64,000 nucleotides of DNA from Candidatus Latescibacterota bacterium (GCA_965219995.1 CBDCOX010000002.1:4704001-4768000), one strand, 5' to 3'; positions 40,221 through 50,759 are shown, counted from the stretch's first letter. Notes: generated by a model not told the origin, from the letters alone. Made by a program: numbers and translations.

Positions 40221-41096
40221 TCAGATAATTCGCCGGACGATCCGGGGTTCCCGTGTCCCGTCGCCCAGGTTCCAGGCGTCCGTTCCGTACTTTGTTTCGA
40301 CGAGGTGCTCCGCGTCGACCTTTTCCTCCGCGGTCAGGCAGGATTCAGTCAGTGCGATGCCCAGGGTCATCTCGAAGCCTTCGCGCAGGGCGCATGCGAC
40401 CGCGTTGAATCCTGCGGGTCGACCGGCTTCCGCCAGTGAGATGGTGTGTCGGTCCAATTCCCGCCGGAAGCGTTCTTTCAGGGGTTGACCGCGGTCCGGC
40501 ATCAGATCGATGAGTCGCTTGTGTTCCGGGCCCAGCAGCAGCGAACCGTGCTGAAGGAGCACGTCGCCGAGGCGCCGCTGGGCGCTGCCGATGATCTTCC
40601 TGCCGTCGAGCGTCACCTCGTACTGCGTGGTACTTGAGAAGCAGGGGGACGTCAGTCCTTCGCCCCGCGGCGACGTGGCGGGAGATCGGCGGGGCTCGAA
40701 CTCGGCCGCGACGCCGAGGAGTCTCAGCCCCGCAACCAGGCAGGCGCTGATCTTCCGGTACGACTCCTGAATGGACCCGCCCAACAGCGGGTCGTCGGCC
40801 CGGCACAGTACGCTGTAGGTGAGTTCGTTCCAGTGGAGTACGGCGCGTCCGCCGCTCGGTCGGCGTACGAGGTGGATTCCGCGATTTCGGCATCGATCCG
40901 CATCGACTTCGCGGCCGACCCTCTGGGCATAGCCGAATGATACGGCGGGCGGCTTCCAACCGAACGTCCGGACCGTGGGCGGCGAGCCGTCGCCCGCGAC
41001 GCCGCGAACAATGGCCTCATCCGCGGCCATATTGAAAAAGGCGTTTCCCGATCCGGTGTTCAGGAAACGCCATGGACGCGATCTGGTGTCAAGCAT
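40221..41096 (-). CDS. lipM: Lipoate-protein ligase / octanoyltransferase (LipM/LplA family)
   Basis: NMAADEA, VRRPSGGRAVLH, PCF, KIIGSAQ, LQHGS. Confidence 0.85.
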   Translation of the reverse strand: MLDTRSRPWRFLNTGSGNAFFNMAADEAIVRGVAGDGSPPTVRTFGWKPPAVSFGYAQRVGREVDADRCRNRGIHLVRRPSGGRAVLHWNELTYSVLCRADDPLLGGSIQESYRKISACLVAGLRLLGVAAEFEPRRSPATSPRGEGLTSPCFSSTTQYEVTLDGRKIIGSAQRRLGDVLLQHGSLLLGPEHKRLIDLMPDRGQPLKERFRRELDRHTISLAEAGRPAGFNAVACALREGFEMTLGIALTESCLTAEEKVDAEHLVETKYGTDAWNLGDGTREPRIVRRII

Positions 41097-41099
41097 GTC

Positions 41100-41930
41100 T
41101 CACGAAACTCCCAGCTTCTCCAATGCCTCTTTCGCCGCCATCTGTTGTGCTTCCTTCTTGCTGCGGCCCTTTCCGAAGCCCATGCGTTCACCGCCGATCA
41201 GCACCTCGACACTGAACATCTTGTGGTGGTCCGGCCCGTCTTCCGAGCTGACCATATAACGGGGGTGGCCCCGGCCTTCGCCCTGCGTATGCTCCAGAAG
41301 GGCGCTTTTGAAATTGAGGTGGCTGTTGTTGGCGACAATCCCCTCTATGTTGCACAAGAGGTGGCGTTGTACGAAGGCATCCGCGGCCTTCAGGCCGCCG
41401 TCGAGATAGATCGCGCCGAGAATGGATTCAAACGCATCCCCGATGATCGAGGTCCTGTCGCGCCCTCCCGCGAGGTCCTCTTCCTTGCTGAGCAGGATGT
41501 GGTGACCGAGTCCGATTGCCCGGCCCCGTTGCGCAAGAATGACCTTGCTTACGAGTACGGATTTGATCTGTGTGAGATCGCCTTCGCGTTTGTTCTGAAA
41601 TTTACGATACAGGTTTTCGGTTACCAGCAGGTCCAATACGGCGTCGCCCAGAAACTCCAGGCGTTCGTTCGAAGCGATGCTTCCTTCGTCCATCGAATAG
41701 GCGTAGGAGCGGTGTTTGATCGCCTGGACCAGGAGATCGGGATCCGAGAAACGATAGCCGAGCCTTTCCTGGAGTTTTTCCGGGGAATGCACTTCCCGGT
41801 CGCGCGTGAGCCAACGCGTAATCGTATGTCGAATGGTGGCAAGTCCGATAGGCGTCAACCTCCAGGCGCTTGCGCGGCCGCCGATCCGGTCGCCTGGCGA
41901 CCCTTCCAAATTCCCGCAGTTGAGGTTCAC
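41100..41930 (-). CDS. rnc: Ribonuclease III (start uncertain)
   Basis: NERLEFLGDAVL signature; dsRBD with GRSKKEAQQMAA. Confidence 0.96.
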   Translation of the reverse strand: MNLNCGNLEGSPGDRIGGRASAWRLTPIGLATIRHTITRWLTRDREVHSPEKLQERLGYRFSDPDLLVQAIKHRSYAYSMDEGSIASNERLEFLGDAVLDLLVTENLYRKFQNKREGDLTQIKSVLVSKVILAQRGRAIGLGHHILLSKEEDLAGGRDRTSIIGDAFESILGAIYLDGGLKAADAFVQRHLLCNIEGIVANNSHLNFKSALLEHTQGEGRGHPRYMVSSEDGPDHHKMFSVEVLIGGERMGFGKGRSKKEAQQMAAKEALEKLGVS

Positions 41931-43180
41931 CGGCCGTCGTATTTGCGCATGGCGAGCACCGCGTTGTGCCCCCCGAAGCCGAAGGAGTTGTTCATGGCCA
42001 CCCTGACCGGCATTTCACGGGCCGCGTTCGGCACGTAGTCGAGGTCGCACTCCGGATCCGGATATTCGTAGTTGATCGTGGGAGGCACCCGGCCTCGATG
42101 GATGGCCAGGAGGCAGGCGATGCTCTCGATTGCGCCGGAAGCGCCCAGCAGGTGGCCCGTCATGGATTTGGTGGAACTGACCGCGGCGTGCTTCGCATGA
42201 TCGCCCAGGACCGATTTGATGGCCGCGGTTTCGGTTCGGTCGCCGATCGGGGTGGAGGTGCCGTGGGCATTGATGTAATCCACGTCTTCCGGGTTCAGTC
42301 CGGCCTGGTCCAACGCGATTTTCATCGCCCTGGCTCCGCCCTCGCCGCCCGGCGCCATATCGGTCACGTGATACGCGTCCGCAGTGAACCCCGCGCCGGC
42401 GATCTCCGCGTAGATCCGCGCCCCCCGCCCACGCGCGTGTTCCAGTTCTTCCAGTATGACCGCGCCCGCACCCTCACCGAGCACGAATCCGTCGCGTTCC
42501 ATGTCGAAGGGCCGGCTGGCCGCCTGCGGATCCTCGTTGCGCGTGGACAGCGCCTTCATGGAAGCGAAGCCGCCCACCGACATCGCGCTTACGGCCGCTT
42601 CGGCGCCGCCGGTGACCATGGCGTCGGCCTCGTTGTGCCGGATCTCCCTGAATGCGCTTCCGATGGCGTGCGCCGCGGAGGAACACGCCGATACCGTCGT
42701 GTAGTTCGGCCCTCGCGCGCCCAGCAGGATGGAAACCTGACCGGAAGTCATGTCGGGAATCATCATGGGAATGAAAAAGGGGCTGATCCGTCGCGCGCCT
42801 TTTTCCATGAGGACGGTATGCTGTTCTTCGAAGGTCCAGATGCCGCCGATGCCGGAACCGATGACCACGCCCATACGGTCGGGGTTCACGGCGTCCACGT
42901 CCAGGTCCGCGTCCGTCACGGCCATTTGTGCGCAGCAGATGGCGTACTGGGTGCACAGATCGTTCCGCCGAACCAGTCTCCGGTCGAGGCCGAACCGGTT
43001 CGGGTCGAAGTCCTTCAATTCGGCAGCGAACGTGACCCGGAAACCGTCCGGATCGAAACGTCTGATGCGATCGACGCCGCTTTCTCCGTTAAGCAGCGCA
43101 TCCCAGTAGGCGTCGGTGTTCAGTCCGTTCGGCGCGAGTACGCCGAGGCCTGTCACCACAACCCTTCGGATTCCGTTCAA
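41927..43180 (-). CDS. fabF: 3-oxoacyl-ACP synthase II
   Basis: RRVVVTGLG, SACSS, NAHGTST, GHLLGA, NSFGFGGHN. Confidence 0.97.
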   Translation of the reverse strand: MNGIRRVVVTGLGVLAPNGLNTDAYWDALLNGESGVDRIRRFDPDGFRVTFAAELKDFDPNRFGLDRRLVRRNDLCTQYAICCAQMAVTDADLDVDAVNPDRMGVVIGSGIGGIWTFEEQHTVLMEKGARRISPFFIPMMIPDMTSGQVSILLGARGPNYTTVSACSSAAHAIGSAFREIRHNEADAMVTGGAEAAVSAMSVGGFASMKALSTRNEDPQAASRPFDMERDGFVLGEGAGAVILEELEHARGRGARIYAEIAGAGFTADAYHVTDMAPGGEGGARAMKIALDQAGLNPEDVDYINAHGTSTPIGDRTETAAIKSVLGDHAKHAAVSSTKSMTGHLLGASGAIESIACLLAIHRGRVPPTINYEYPDPECDLDYVPNAAREMPVRVAMNNSFGFGGHNAVLAMRKYDGR

Positions 43181-43277
43181 GGGTACCTTCTCTCAATTTC
43201 AATGTTGGCGTCGGCGCGGAGTCATGGAGAATCCGATTGCTGTCGCAACGCGACCCGGCAGCCATCGGAGCGGCGGG

Positions 43278-43520
43278 CTATTCGTTGAGGCGTTGTTTCA
43301 GATAATCCGTGACGTCGCTTACGGTTTCCAGCTTCTCGGCGTCTTCATCCGGGACTTCCATATCGAATTCCTCTTCGAAGGCCATCACAAGTTCCACCGT
43401 ATCGAGTGAATCCGCGCCCAGATCATCTATGAAATGGGCTTCCGGGGTGACGCTGTCGGCGTCAACGCCCAACTGGTCTACGATAAGATCGACGACTTTC
43501 TGCTGAATATCTTCGGCCAT
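43278..43520 (-). CDS. acpP: Acyl carrier protein
   Basis: [20 protein letters not shown]. Confidence 0.97.
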   Translation of the reverse strand: MAEDIQQKVVDLIVDQLGVDADSVTPEAHFIDDLGADSLDTVELVMAFEEEFDMEVPDEDAEKLETVSDVTDYLKQRLNE

Positions 43521-43616
43521 GGCAATGATCTCCCTCCTTTGTGGCGAACGGCGGCCCCCGCTCTGCAACGGCACGACCTTCCGTTCACGACTGTTACCAG
43601 ACGGTTCACGTTTGTC

Positions 43617-44363
43617 CTACATTACCATCCCGCCGTCCACCACCAGGACCTGCCCCGTGACGTATGCCGCGTCGCTCGATGCCAGAAATGCGACCGCGGC
43701 CGCGATATCTTCGGGTTTTCCCGGCGTTCCCAGCGGAACCTGTTCAAGGATCTTTTCTTTCAGATTTTCAGGGAGTTTTTCCGTCATTTCGGTAGGAATA
43801 TATCCAGGCGCGATCACGTTGGCCGTAATTCCCCTGCTTGCCAGTTCTTTCGCGGCCGTCTTCGTCAGGCCGATGAGTCCGGACTTCGCCGCCGTGTAAC
43901 CGGCCTGTCCGGGGTTGCCCATCAGTCCCGTTACGGACGAGATATTGATGATTCGTCCGGACCGGGCCCTCATCATCGGCCTCACCGCCGCCTGCATGCA
44001 CAGGAACGCCCCCTTCAGATTGACGTCGAGAACCGCGTCCCAGTCGCCGGGTTTGAGTCGCATCAACAGGCCGTCGCGGGCAATTCCGGCATTGTTGACC
44101 AGAATGTCCAGGGCGCCCCAGCGATCCAGAACGGCCTTGAAAAGGGCTTTGACGTCGGCCGGGTTCGCAACATCCGCCTGCAGGGCGAGCGCGCTGCCGC
44201 CCCGCCCTTCGATGCCTTCCGCGACAGCCTGCGCGCGGTCGAGGCTCCGGCTGGCGCAGACCGCCACCCTGGCGCCTTCGTCCGCCAGCCGGTTGGCGAT
44301 GGCTTCGCCGATCCCGCGTGATCCGCCGGTGACGATTGCGGTCCTGTCCTTCAGCCGATTCAT
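43617..44363 (-). CDS. fabG: 3-oxoacyl-ACP reductase
   Basis: TGGSRGIG, NNAG, GNPGQAGYTAAK; fab context. Confidence 0.95.
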   Translation of the reverse strand: MNRLKDRTAIVTGGSRGIGEAIANRLADEGARVAVCASRSLDRAQAVAEGIEGRGGSALALQADVANPADVKALFKAVLDRWGALDILVNNAGIARDGLLMRLKPGDWDAVLDVNLKGAFLCMQAAVRPMMRARSGRIINISSVTGLMGNPGQAGYTAAKSGLIGLTKTAAKELASRGITANVIAPGYIPTEMTEKLPENLKEKILEQVPLGTPGKPEDIAAAVAFLASSDAAYVTGQVLVVDGGMVM

Positions 44364-45280
44364 ATCGTAAGACCTTCCAGGTCGTGAAGGGTTCCGACCG
44401 ACGAAACGGCGACGCGCTTGTCGATGCGTCGCATCAGTGCCTTCAGCGTTTTTCCCGGCCCGGCTTCAATCGCCCGGTCCACGCCTTCCGAAACCAGCCG
44501 CGTCATGGACTCCGTCCATCGGACGGGCGAAATCACCTGTCTGATCAGAAGGTCTTTGAGCAAGTCCGGATCGGTCGTGGGTTCGGCCGTCGTATTCGGC
44601 ACAACGGGGATGCGCGCCGGTGAGAATGGCACGTTCGCGAGGGCGCCCTCCAGCGTACCCAGGGCGGATTGCATGAGTCCCGAGTGAAAAGCGCCGCTGA
44701 CCTGGAGTTCCACGACCCGTCGGGCGCCTTCGTCCGACGCCTTCTGCATCGTCCGTTTCACGGCGGTCGGCTCGCCCGAAATGACGACCTGGCCGGGGCA
44801 GTTGAAGTTGGCGGGCACGACCACGACATTGGGACCCTGCATGTTGCAAAGATCCACGACCGCGCTGTCGCTCTGACCGATGATGGCCGCCATGGTGCCG
44901 GGGTGCATCTTTCCCGCGGCATGCATGGCCCGCCCCCGGATCCCGACGATCCGGACGCCGTCTTCCAGAGACATCACACCGGCGGCGACCAGCGCCGCCA
45001 ATTCGCCCACGCTGTGTCCCGCTACGAAATCGGGGTGGATGCCCCGGTCCTTCAGGATTTCGAATACCGAGATGCTGTGCGCGAAGATGGCCGGCTGTGT
45101 GATGGCCGTTTGTTTCAGGGATTCTTCCGGACCGTCGAAACAGAATGTCTTCAGCCCCGTCTCGGAGATCCGGTCCGTCAGATTGAACACGTACTGGGCG
45201 ATCGGGGAGGCACTGTAAAGATCGCTGGCCATCCCCACGTATTGCGCGCCCTGGCCGGGGAATAGAAAGGCTAAGGACAT
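44360..45280 (-). CDS. fabD: Malonyl-CoA:ACP transacylase
   Basis: FPGQGAQ, GHSVGE, SGAFHS. Confidence 0.96.
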   Translation of the reverse strand: MSLAFLFPGQGAQYVGMASDLYSASPIAQYVFNLTDRISETGLKTFCFDGPEESLKQTAITQPAIFAHSISVFEILKDRGIHPDFVAGHSVGELAALVAAGVMSLEDGVRIVGIRGRAMHAAGKMHPGTMAAIIGQSDSAVVDLCNMQGPNVVVVPANFNCPGQVVISGEPTAVKRTMQKASDEGARRVVELQVSGAFHSGLMQSALGTLEGALANVPFSPARIPVVPNTTAEPTTDPDLLKDLLIRQVISPVRWTESMTRLVSEGVDRAIEAGPGKTLKALMRRIDKRVAVSSVGTLHDLEGLTI

Positions 45281-45338
45281 AATGGCCCGAAAACGTGTCT
45301 TCGCGTGGCTTCCGGCCGCCGGCTCAGGAATAACAGCA

Positions 45339-46340
45339 TCAATAAGCCCATTTCACGAGGGCGCTGCCCCATGTGTACCCGGCCCCGGCGCTGGCCAGTA
45401 CAATATAGTCGCCCTGTTTGATACGGTTCTGTTCAACCGCTTCGGAAAGGGCGATGGGGATGGTGCCGCAGGTGGTGTTCGCATAACGATCGATGTTGAC
45501 AAGGACGCGTTCCGGCGCAAGCTTCATCCGGCGGGCCGTGGCATCGATGATTCGTTTATTTGCCTGGTGGGGCACGAGAAGGGCGATATCGTCGCCGCTG
45601 AGCCCGTTCCGCTTCAGCAGATCGGCCGATACCGAGGCCATGCTGCTGCTGGCGAACTTGAGAACGCGTGGACCGTCCTGGTGAACGTAGTGCATCTTTT
45701 TGTCCACCGTTTCGTGGCTGGCCGGACGAAGGCTGCCGCCGGCCGGCTGGCAGAGGTATTGGCCGCCCGACCCGTCCACGTTCAGAATAAAGTCCCTGAT
45801 GCCGGACCCCGAATCGTCGGGTTCCAGGAGGACGGCCCCCGCCCCGTCTCCGAACAGGACGCAGGTTTCCCGGTTCGTGTAGTCGACGACCGAACTCATC
45901 TTGTCGGAGCCGATGACAACCACCTTGCGGTGTGCTCCGCTTTCGACGAACTGACCGCCGACGATCAAGGCGTACAGGAACCCGCAGCAGGCGGCGGAAA
46001 GGTCGAACCCCCACGCGTTTTCGGCCCCCACCTCGTGCTGCACCAGACACGCGGTGGCGGGATAAACCATGTCCGGTGTAACCGTCGCGACGATGATCAG
46101 GTCGATTTCATTTGCATCCAGGTCCTTCTGTTCGAGCAGCGCCTCCATCGCCCCGGCGGCCATATGTGAAGCGCCCAGGCCGTCGTCGAGGATGCGGCGT
46201 TCTACGATACCCGTCCGTGTTCGAATCCATTCGTCCGTGGTATCTACCATTTCTTCAAGGTCGGCATTCGTCAGCCGGCGTTCGGGGAGAAAGCGGGAGA
46301 CGCCGGTGACGGCAGCATTGACTTTTTTATTCATAGGCAA
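45339..46340 (-). CDS. fabH: 3-oxoacyl-ACP synthase III
   Basis: WIRTRTGI, AACCGF, FGDGAGA, PHQANKRI, YANT. Confidence 0.95.
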   Translation of the reverse strand: MPMNKKVNAAVTGVSRFLPERRLTNADLEEMVDTTDEWIRTRTGIVERRILDDGLGASHMAAGAMEALLEQKDLDANEIDLIIVATVTPDMVYPATACLVQHEVGAENAWGFDLSAACCGFLYALIVGGQFVESGAHRKVVVIGSDKMSSVVDYTNRETCVLFGDGAGAVLLEPDDSGSGIRDFILNVDGSGGQYLCQPAGGSLRPASHETVDKKMHYVHQDGPRVLKFASSSMASVSADLLKRNGLSGDDIALLVPHQANKRIIDATARRMKLAPERVLVNIDRYANTTCGTIPIALSEAVEQNRIKQGDYIVLASAGAGYTWGSALVKWAY

Positions 46341-46390
46341 GGGTGACGATTCAGGGAATGACGGACGGGTGGCGCGGCCGGGGCCGGCAA

Positions 46391-46573
46391 TCAGACGCTT
46401 TCGCCTTCGGTGACTTCGCGGCCGTTGTATTGTCCGCAGTTGGCGCAGACCCGGTGAGGTCTGCGCGGCTGCCCGCAGTTGGGACAGGCGGAGAACGCGG
46501 GTCTCCTCAGCTTCCAGTGCGCGCGCCGTTTACCGGTCCTGGAATTGGAACTTCTGCGTTTGGGGTGCGCCAT
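46391..46573 (-). CDS. rpmF: 50S ribosomal protein L32 (zinc-ribbon form)
   Basis: MAHPKRRSSNSR...CPNCG..PHRVCANCGQY. Confidence 0.96.
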   Translation of the reverse strand: MAHPKRRSSNSRTGKRRAHWKLRRPAFSACPNCGQPRRPHRVCANCGQYNGREVTEGESV

Positions 46574-46587
46574 TTCAATTTGCTCCT

Positions 46588-47100
46588 TCAGGATTGTTCC
46601 TTGAGTGCCCTCAGGGCCTCCCAACGGGGATCAATTCGGGTTGACGTGCAGTTACACTGCGTAAGGTTGAGGTTTTCGCCGCATGTCGGACAGAGCCCCT
46701 CGCAGGACGACTTGCACAGGGGATTCAGCGGCATCTCAAGCAGGATATAGTCCTTGATCTCCTCGCCAAGGTCCACCTTGTCTCCGGACTCATCCAGAAA
46801 GATGAGCGTTTCGTCTTCATCGTCCTTCATGGCTTCCGGCCGGGTCTTCTGAAACACGAACCTGAAGTCGCACGCCAGTGAGAACGAGACGGGTTCCAGG
46901 CACCGCACGCACTCGAGACGAAGGTCGGCGTGCGTCTCGCCGCTTGCCGAAATGGACTCGCCCATCTTGACGAATTCGATGCGCGTCTTGATGGGGCCGA
47001 CGAATTGCAGGTGCTCGTCCTGAATATGCAGTTCGTCGGGTGTCTCCTCCCAGTCGAGACTGGCCTTGCCGTCCTCGAGTTCGTTGAGCGCGACGATCAT
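46588..47100 (-). CDS. yceD: YceD/DUF177 protein
   Basis: CVRCL, LCKSSCEGLCPTCG, DPRWEAL; upstream of rpmF. Confidence 0.92.
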   Translation of the reverse strand: MIVALNELEDGKASLDWEETPDELHIQDEHLQFVGPIKTRIEFVKMGESISASGETHADLRLECVRCLEPVSFSLACDFRFVFQKTRPEAMKDDEDETLIFLDESGDKVDLGEEIKDYILLEMPLNPLCKSSCEGLCPTCGENLNLTQCNCTSTRIDPRWEALRALKEQS

Positions 47101-47134
47101 TCAAAGGATCCGATCGGATTTCAAGGTGCCGTAC

Positions 47135-47545
47135 CTATTCAATTGCTCCGAAGAAGAACGCGATTTCGTCGTCGGCGGTTTCGACTGAATCCGATGCGTG
47201 TACGGCGTTTCGCTGTACGTTCGTTCCGAAGTCCCTGCGAATGGTGCCCCTGGCGGCCGCGGCCGAATCGGTGACGCCCACAATCTCCCGAAGGAGCAGG
47301 ACAGCGTTTTTCCGCTCCAGCGCGACCGGCACCACCGGGCCGGACGTCATGAAATCGATCAGGCCGTCAAAAAAGGGCTGTCCCTCGTGAACGGCGTAGA
47401 ACCGGGTCGCGCCCTCGTACGTGAACCTCGTCGATTTCAGGTTCCGGATCCTGAACCCTCTGTCTTCCACGCGTTTGAGAATGGCGCCGATAGCGTTCTT
47501 TGAAACCGCGTCGGGTTTGATAATCAACAATGTGCGTTCCGGCAT
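47135..47545 (-). CDS. ndk: Nucleoside diphosphate kinase
   Basis: RTLLIIKPDA, GTIRRDF, NAVHASDS. Confidence 0.97.
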   Translation of the reverse strand: MPERTLLIIKPDAVSKNAIGAILKRVEDRGFRIRNLKSTRFTYEGATRFYAVHEGQPFFDGLIDFMTSGPVVPVALERKNAVLLLREIVGVTDSAAAARGTIRRDFGTNVQRNAVHASDSVETADDEIAFFFGAIE

Positions 47546-47608
47546 CGGCGCTGGTGCTTTCCATCCGCGTTCGGGTGGTCAGGTTCGCGTATCACGCTGA
47601 AGATGAAG

Positions 47609-47637
47609 AAGATAGATTTTCTCGCAAGCTTTGTCAA
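47609..47637 (-). promoter_or_regulatory. Sigma70-type promoter upstream of the ndk-fab operon
   Basis: Minus strand TTGACA-N17-TATCTT. Confidence 0.65.
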
Positions 47638-47812
47638 TATCAAACTTTGAATTACAGCTGTTAGCTGTCAGCCTTCAGCCATCAGCTAAGAGCGAAAGAT
47701 CAAGAACCAGAATCCGCAGTTCCCTGAATTCTCCGCCACCTGCGAGTATTGGGTCAGCCGTCAGCTAACCAGCGGCGATGTCAGTTTGTCGAAGTCCGCG
47801 GAAGGTACAATT

Positions 47813-47837
47813 GTAGGGGTGACCCTTGTGGTCGCCC
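47813..47837 (+). repeat. GTAG-type REP-like palindrome
   Basis: GTAGGGGTGACC-CTTGT-GGTCGCCC, related to 257-281 and 673-697. Confidence 0.75.
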
Positions 47838-47856
47838 GCCTTTTTTGGCGCCGCCG

Positions 47857-48201
47857 TCACGATTTGCTCAGCAGTGATCTCAAATGAAATCCCGCCACCG
47901 CGGCGAGCGCCGCGACAAGGCCGCCGATCAACGCCGTGAGCGCTACCAGCGCCGACGGATGCGAGAAACTGGCGATACCCGCGATCTTCACGGTGAGAAT
48001 GCCGCCGGATTGAAGATGGACATAGCCGGCCGAGGCAAGCCAGAGGATGCCGGCGCCGCCGAAACCGGCGCCCAGCGCTTTCCACGCCGACGGCGCTTTC
48101 CAGAATCCCGCCGCGAACGCCGCGACGCCGATTCCCCACCATGGCAGCGTCAGGCCGGCAATCAGGCCGAGAATCAGGACGTATAGAGCGGTTGAAATCA
48201 T
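47857..48201 (-). CDS. Small hypothetical membrane protein
   Basis: MISTALYVLILG...LPWW...; 3-4 TM helices; follows the acylase gene. Confidence 0.7.
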   Translation of the reverse strand: MISTALYVLILGLIAGLTLPWWGIGVAAFAAGFWKAPSAWKALGAGFGGAGILWLASAGYVHLQSGGILTVKIAGIASFSHPSALVALTALIGGLVAALAAVAGFHLRSLLSKS

Positions 48202-48227
48202 ATAAAAGCGGTGAGAGGGTAGAGGGG

Positions 48228-48342
48228 AGACGGGAGACGTGAGATATTGTGTGCCCCGTGTGGTTTCACATCTTGCCAGAGGCATTAAGGTAGAATCAAT
48301 CGGGCAAGGACGTCTTCTACCGTCTACCGTCTTACGTCTCAC
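48228..48342 (-). mobile_element. 115-bp MITE-like element, copy 1
   Basis: Reverse complement of 60079-60193 with one mismatch; ends are AGACG/CGTCT heptamer arrays. Confidence 0.8.
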
Positions 48343-50759
48343 GGTTTTCCGACCAGCGTCAGTCGTTCCACGATACGTCCTTCGCCTTCGTCCGGCGTCT
48401 GCATGAACAGCAGTTCGTCCAGTTCTCCCCGCACCCATGTATCCACAAATGAGTCGTAGTGGGGGCTGCCCGGGTTGCCGGATTGCCCGCCCGGGTAGAT
48501 CCCCCACGCCCTCACCTCAGGGCCCATTTCGACAACCATCCGCCAGCACGGTCCGTGGCCGCGGTTCGATGCGTTGACGATGTCGCGGCCTCCGCCAACG
48601 AACAGGTTCATGCGCGAGAATTCGGGAATCCTCAGCAGATGCCTGACTTCAGCTCCCTTGTAGCGCCCCCACTTCCAGGCGTCGCTTACGGGTCCCAGCT
48701 TTCCAGTTAACTCAGCACACGTCGACGCAAACGTGCTGCGGGCGAGCTCTGCGAGCGTCTCGACAGGTTCCGTTCGCACGTTGTCATACCACGCGGCGTT
48801 GGGCTCACCGAGAATCATCTCAACCGTACGATCGCTGGACGGGAGCTGCAGACCCGGCCCCGGTCCGCCGAATTCATCGATCCAGATTGCCCGGTAAAGC
48901 TTGCCCCACCAGGTGTTGAATATTGTTGGCGCGATCTTCTTTGCGTCGGCGAAATAATCCCAGTTCTTGAGTACCTGGTAGATGGCCGCTTCGTCGGGTT
49001 TGAGAGATCCTGGTTCGATGAACGTCAATAAAACGGGCAGAACCGACCGGGCGTGCAGATTCTGCGTGTCGAGTTGAAGGGCGCGGAAGTCATCGGGCGT
49101 GATTTCCGTCATTTCGGCCAAACGTTCGTTGATTCGCCGCCCGCGCATAGGCGACGAATAGCCCGGTTTCAGCCAATACGGATAGTTCGTGTCCGCGGGG
49201 AGCTGGTTGGCGGAACTCACAAATCCGCGGGCGGGATTCCTGATATGTGGCTTGTGGGCGTGCGGTATCCAGTCCTGCCAGTCGTGGAGTGGATCCGTGC
49301 CATCGGAAATGAAAACGCCCTGGCCCTCCCATTTTGCCGGAAATTTGCCGTTGTGCCAGATCGCGATGTTTCCCTCAACGTCGGCATACGCGAAGTTCTG
49401 GGCCGGCGCGCTCAGGTGGACGATTGCATCGACGAATTCGTCGTAGTTGCCCGCACTATTCAGTCGATGAACGGTGAGCCATTCGTTGCTGCCGTCGTGG
49501 CCCACCCACCTGAGCGCGTGGAGTTCGGGTATCCTAGAGTCGGATGGCGTATCGCGTGAATCCCGCACGATGGGTCCGTGATGGGTGTAGCGAACGGTGT
49601 CCATAAAGGTCTCCTCGTCCCGGACCCTGAATTCTTCGACCGCCATTTCGACGGGGCGCCACGTGCCGTCGTGGAGGTACTCCCGGCGTGTTTCGTCCCG
49701 GAATCTGATCTCGTACCAGTCAGATACATCCGCTCCGGCATTGGTGAATCCCCAGGCGATATTGCGGTTGAAACCGATGACGACACCCGGACCTCCAGGT
49801 AGCGAAACGCCGTACACGTTGACCGTGGGGCTGACGAGTTGAATCTCGTACCACAGCGACGGGAGCGAGAGCCCGAGGTGAGGGTCGTTCGCGAGTATGG
49901 GATACCCGCTTTTTGTTCTGGCGCCCGATACCGCCCAATTGTTGCTGCCGTTGGCCGCCCCGGTATCCGCGCCGTACGACCCTCGCTCGAACGGCACATC
50001 CGGCCGGATGACTCTGCGCGGTTGGAAATTCCAGGGGGTTCCCGCAGGTACCACCGTATCGTCGCCCACCACGTCCGACGCGAACAGGTCTCTCACAACG
50101 GCCTCTCCGAATCGGTTGAGGGTGTGGGTCATCCTGAGGTCCGAATTCCGGCCGCTCAGCATCCAGGCCATGGACTTGATCAGGATCGCACACTTCAACG
50201 GCGTCCAGGGTTCCGGGTTGTAACCCAGAAGTTTGTATTCGACGGGGAAGTCTCTTGGGCGCAGGCCGTCGATGTACGCGTTGACGCCCTCCGTGAACGC
50301 CGTGACGGAGCGCCTTGTCCGGGGTTCGGCCATGATTTCCCTGAGCGTGTTTTCGGCGCCGTATACGAGCCCCGCGCGTCTCTGATGCCGGTCGCGCTCC
50401 AGTGCGCCGGGTCCCAGGATTTCCGCCAGGCGCCCGGCGGTCGCGGCGGTCTGAAACTCCATCTGCCAGAGGCGGTCTCTTGCCGTCGCGTATCCCTGGG
50501 CGAAAAACAGGTCCCGATCGTTTTTCGCGAAGATATGCGGCACGCGGCGGTGGTCGTAGAGAACGGTTACGGGTTCGCGAAGACCCTCGAGCCGCAGGTT
50601 TCGTTCCGCGGCAGGATCGCCTGTCTCGGCATTCTGCCAGAACCCGTGAAAGGGACTCAGGAATCTCCCCGCCGCCGGAAATCCCCCGATGCGGGTATCC
50701 AGGACAATTACGACGACAAGGGTCGCAGTAGCCGATATGAGGAATTTGATTGAGGGCAT
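48339..50759 (-). CDS. Penicillin acylase family Ntn-hydrolase (peptidase S45)
   Basis: VPHIFA, AQGY..ARDRLWQM, GSNNWAV nucleophile, ANDPHL, PGGQSG. Confidence 0.93.
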   Translation of the reverse strand: MPSIKFLISATATLVVVIVLDTRIGGFPAAGRFLSPFHGFWQNAETGDPAAERNLRLEGLREPVTVLYDHRRVPHIFAKNDRDLFFAQGYATARDRLWQMEFQTAATAGRLAEILGPGALERDRHQRRAGLVYGAENTLREIMAEPRTRRSVTAFTEGVNAYIDGLRPRDFPVEYKLLGYNPEPWTPLKCAILIKSMAWMLSGRNSDLRMTHTLNRFGEAVVRDLFASDVVGDDTVVPAGTPWNFQPRRVIRPDVPFERGSYGADTGAANGSNNWAVSGARTKSGYPILANDPHLGLSLPSLWYEIQLVSPTVNVYGVSLPGGPGVVIGFNRNIAWGFTNAGADVSDWYEIRFRDETRREYLHDGTWRPVEMAVEEFRVRDEETFMDTVRYTHHGPIVRDSRDTPSDSRIPELHALRWVGHDGSNEWLTVHRLNSAGNYDEFVDAIVHLSAPAQNFAYADVEGNIAIWHNGKFPAKWEGQGVFISDGTDPLHDWQDWIPHAHKPHIRNPARGFVSSANQLPADTNYPYWLKPGYSSPMRGRRINERLAEMTEITPDDFRALQLDTQNLHARSVLPVLLTFIEPGSLKPDEAAIYQVLKNWDYFADAKKIAPTIFNTWWGKLYRAIWIDEFGGPGPGLQLPSSDRTVEMILGEPNAAWYDNVRTEPVETLAELARSTFASTCAELTGKLGPVSDAWKWGRYKGAEVRHLLRIPEFSRMNLFVGGGRDIVNASNRGHGPCWRMVVEMGPEVRAWGIYPGGQSGNPGSPHYDSFVDTWVRGELDELLFMQTPDEGEGRIVERLTLVGKP

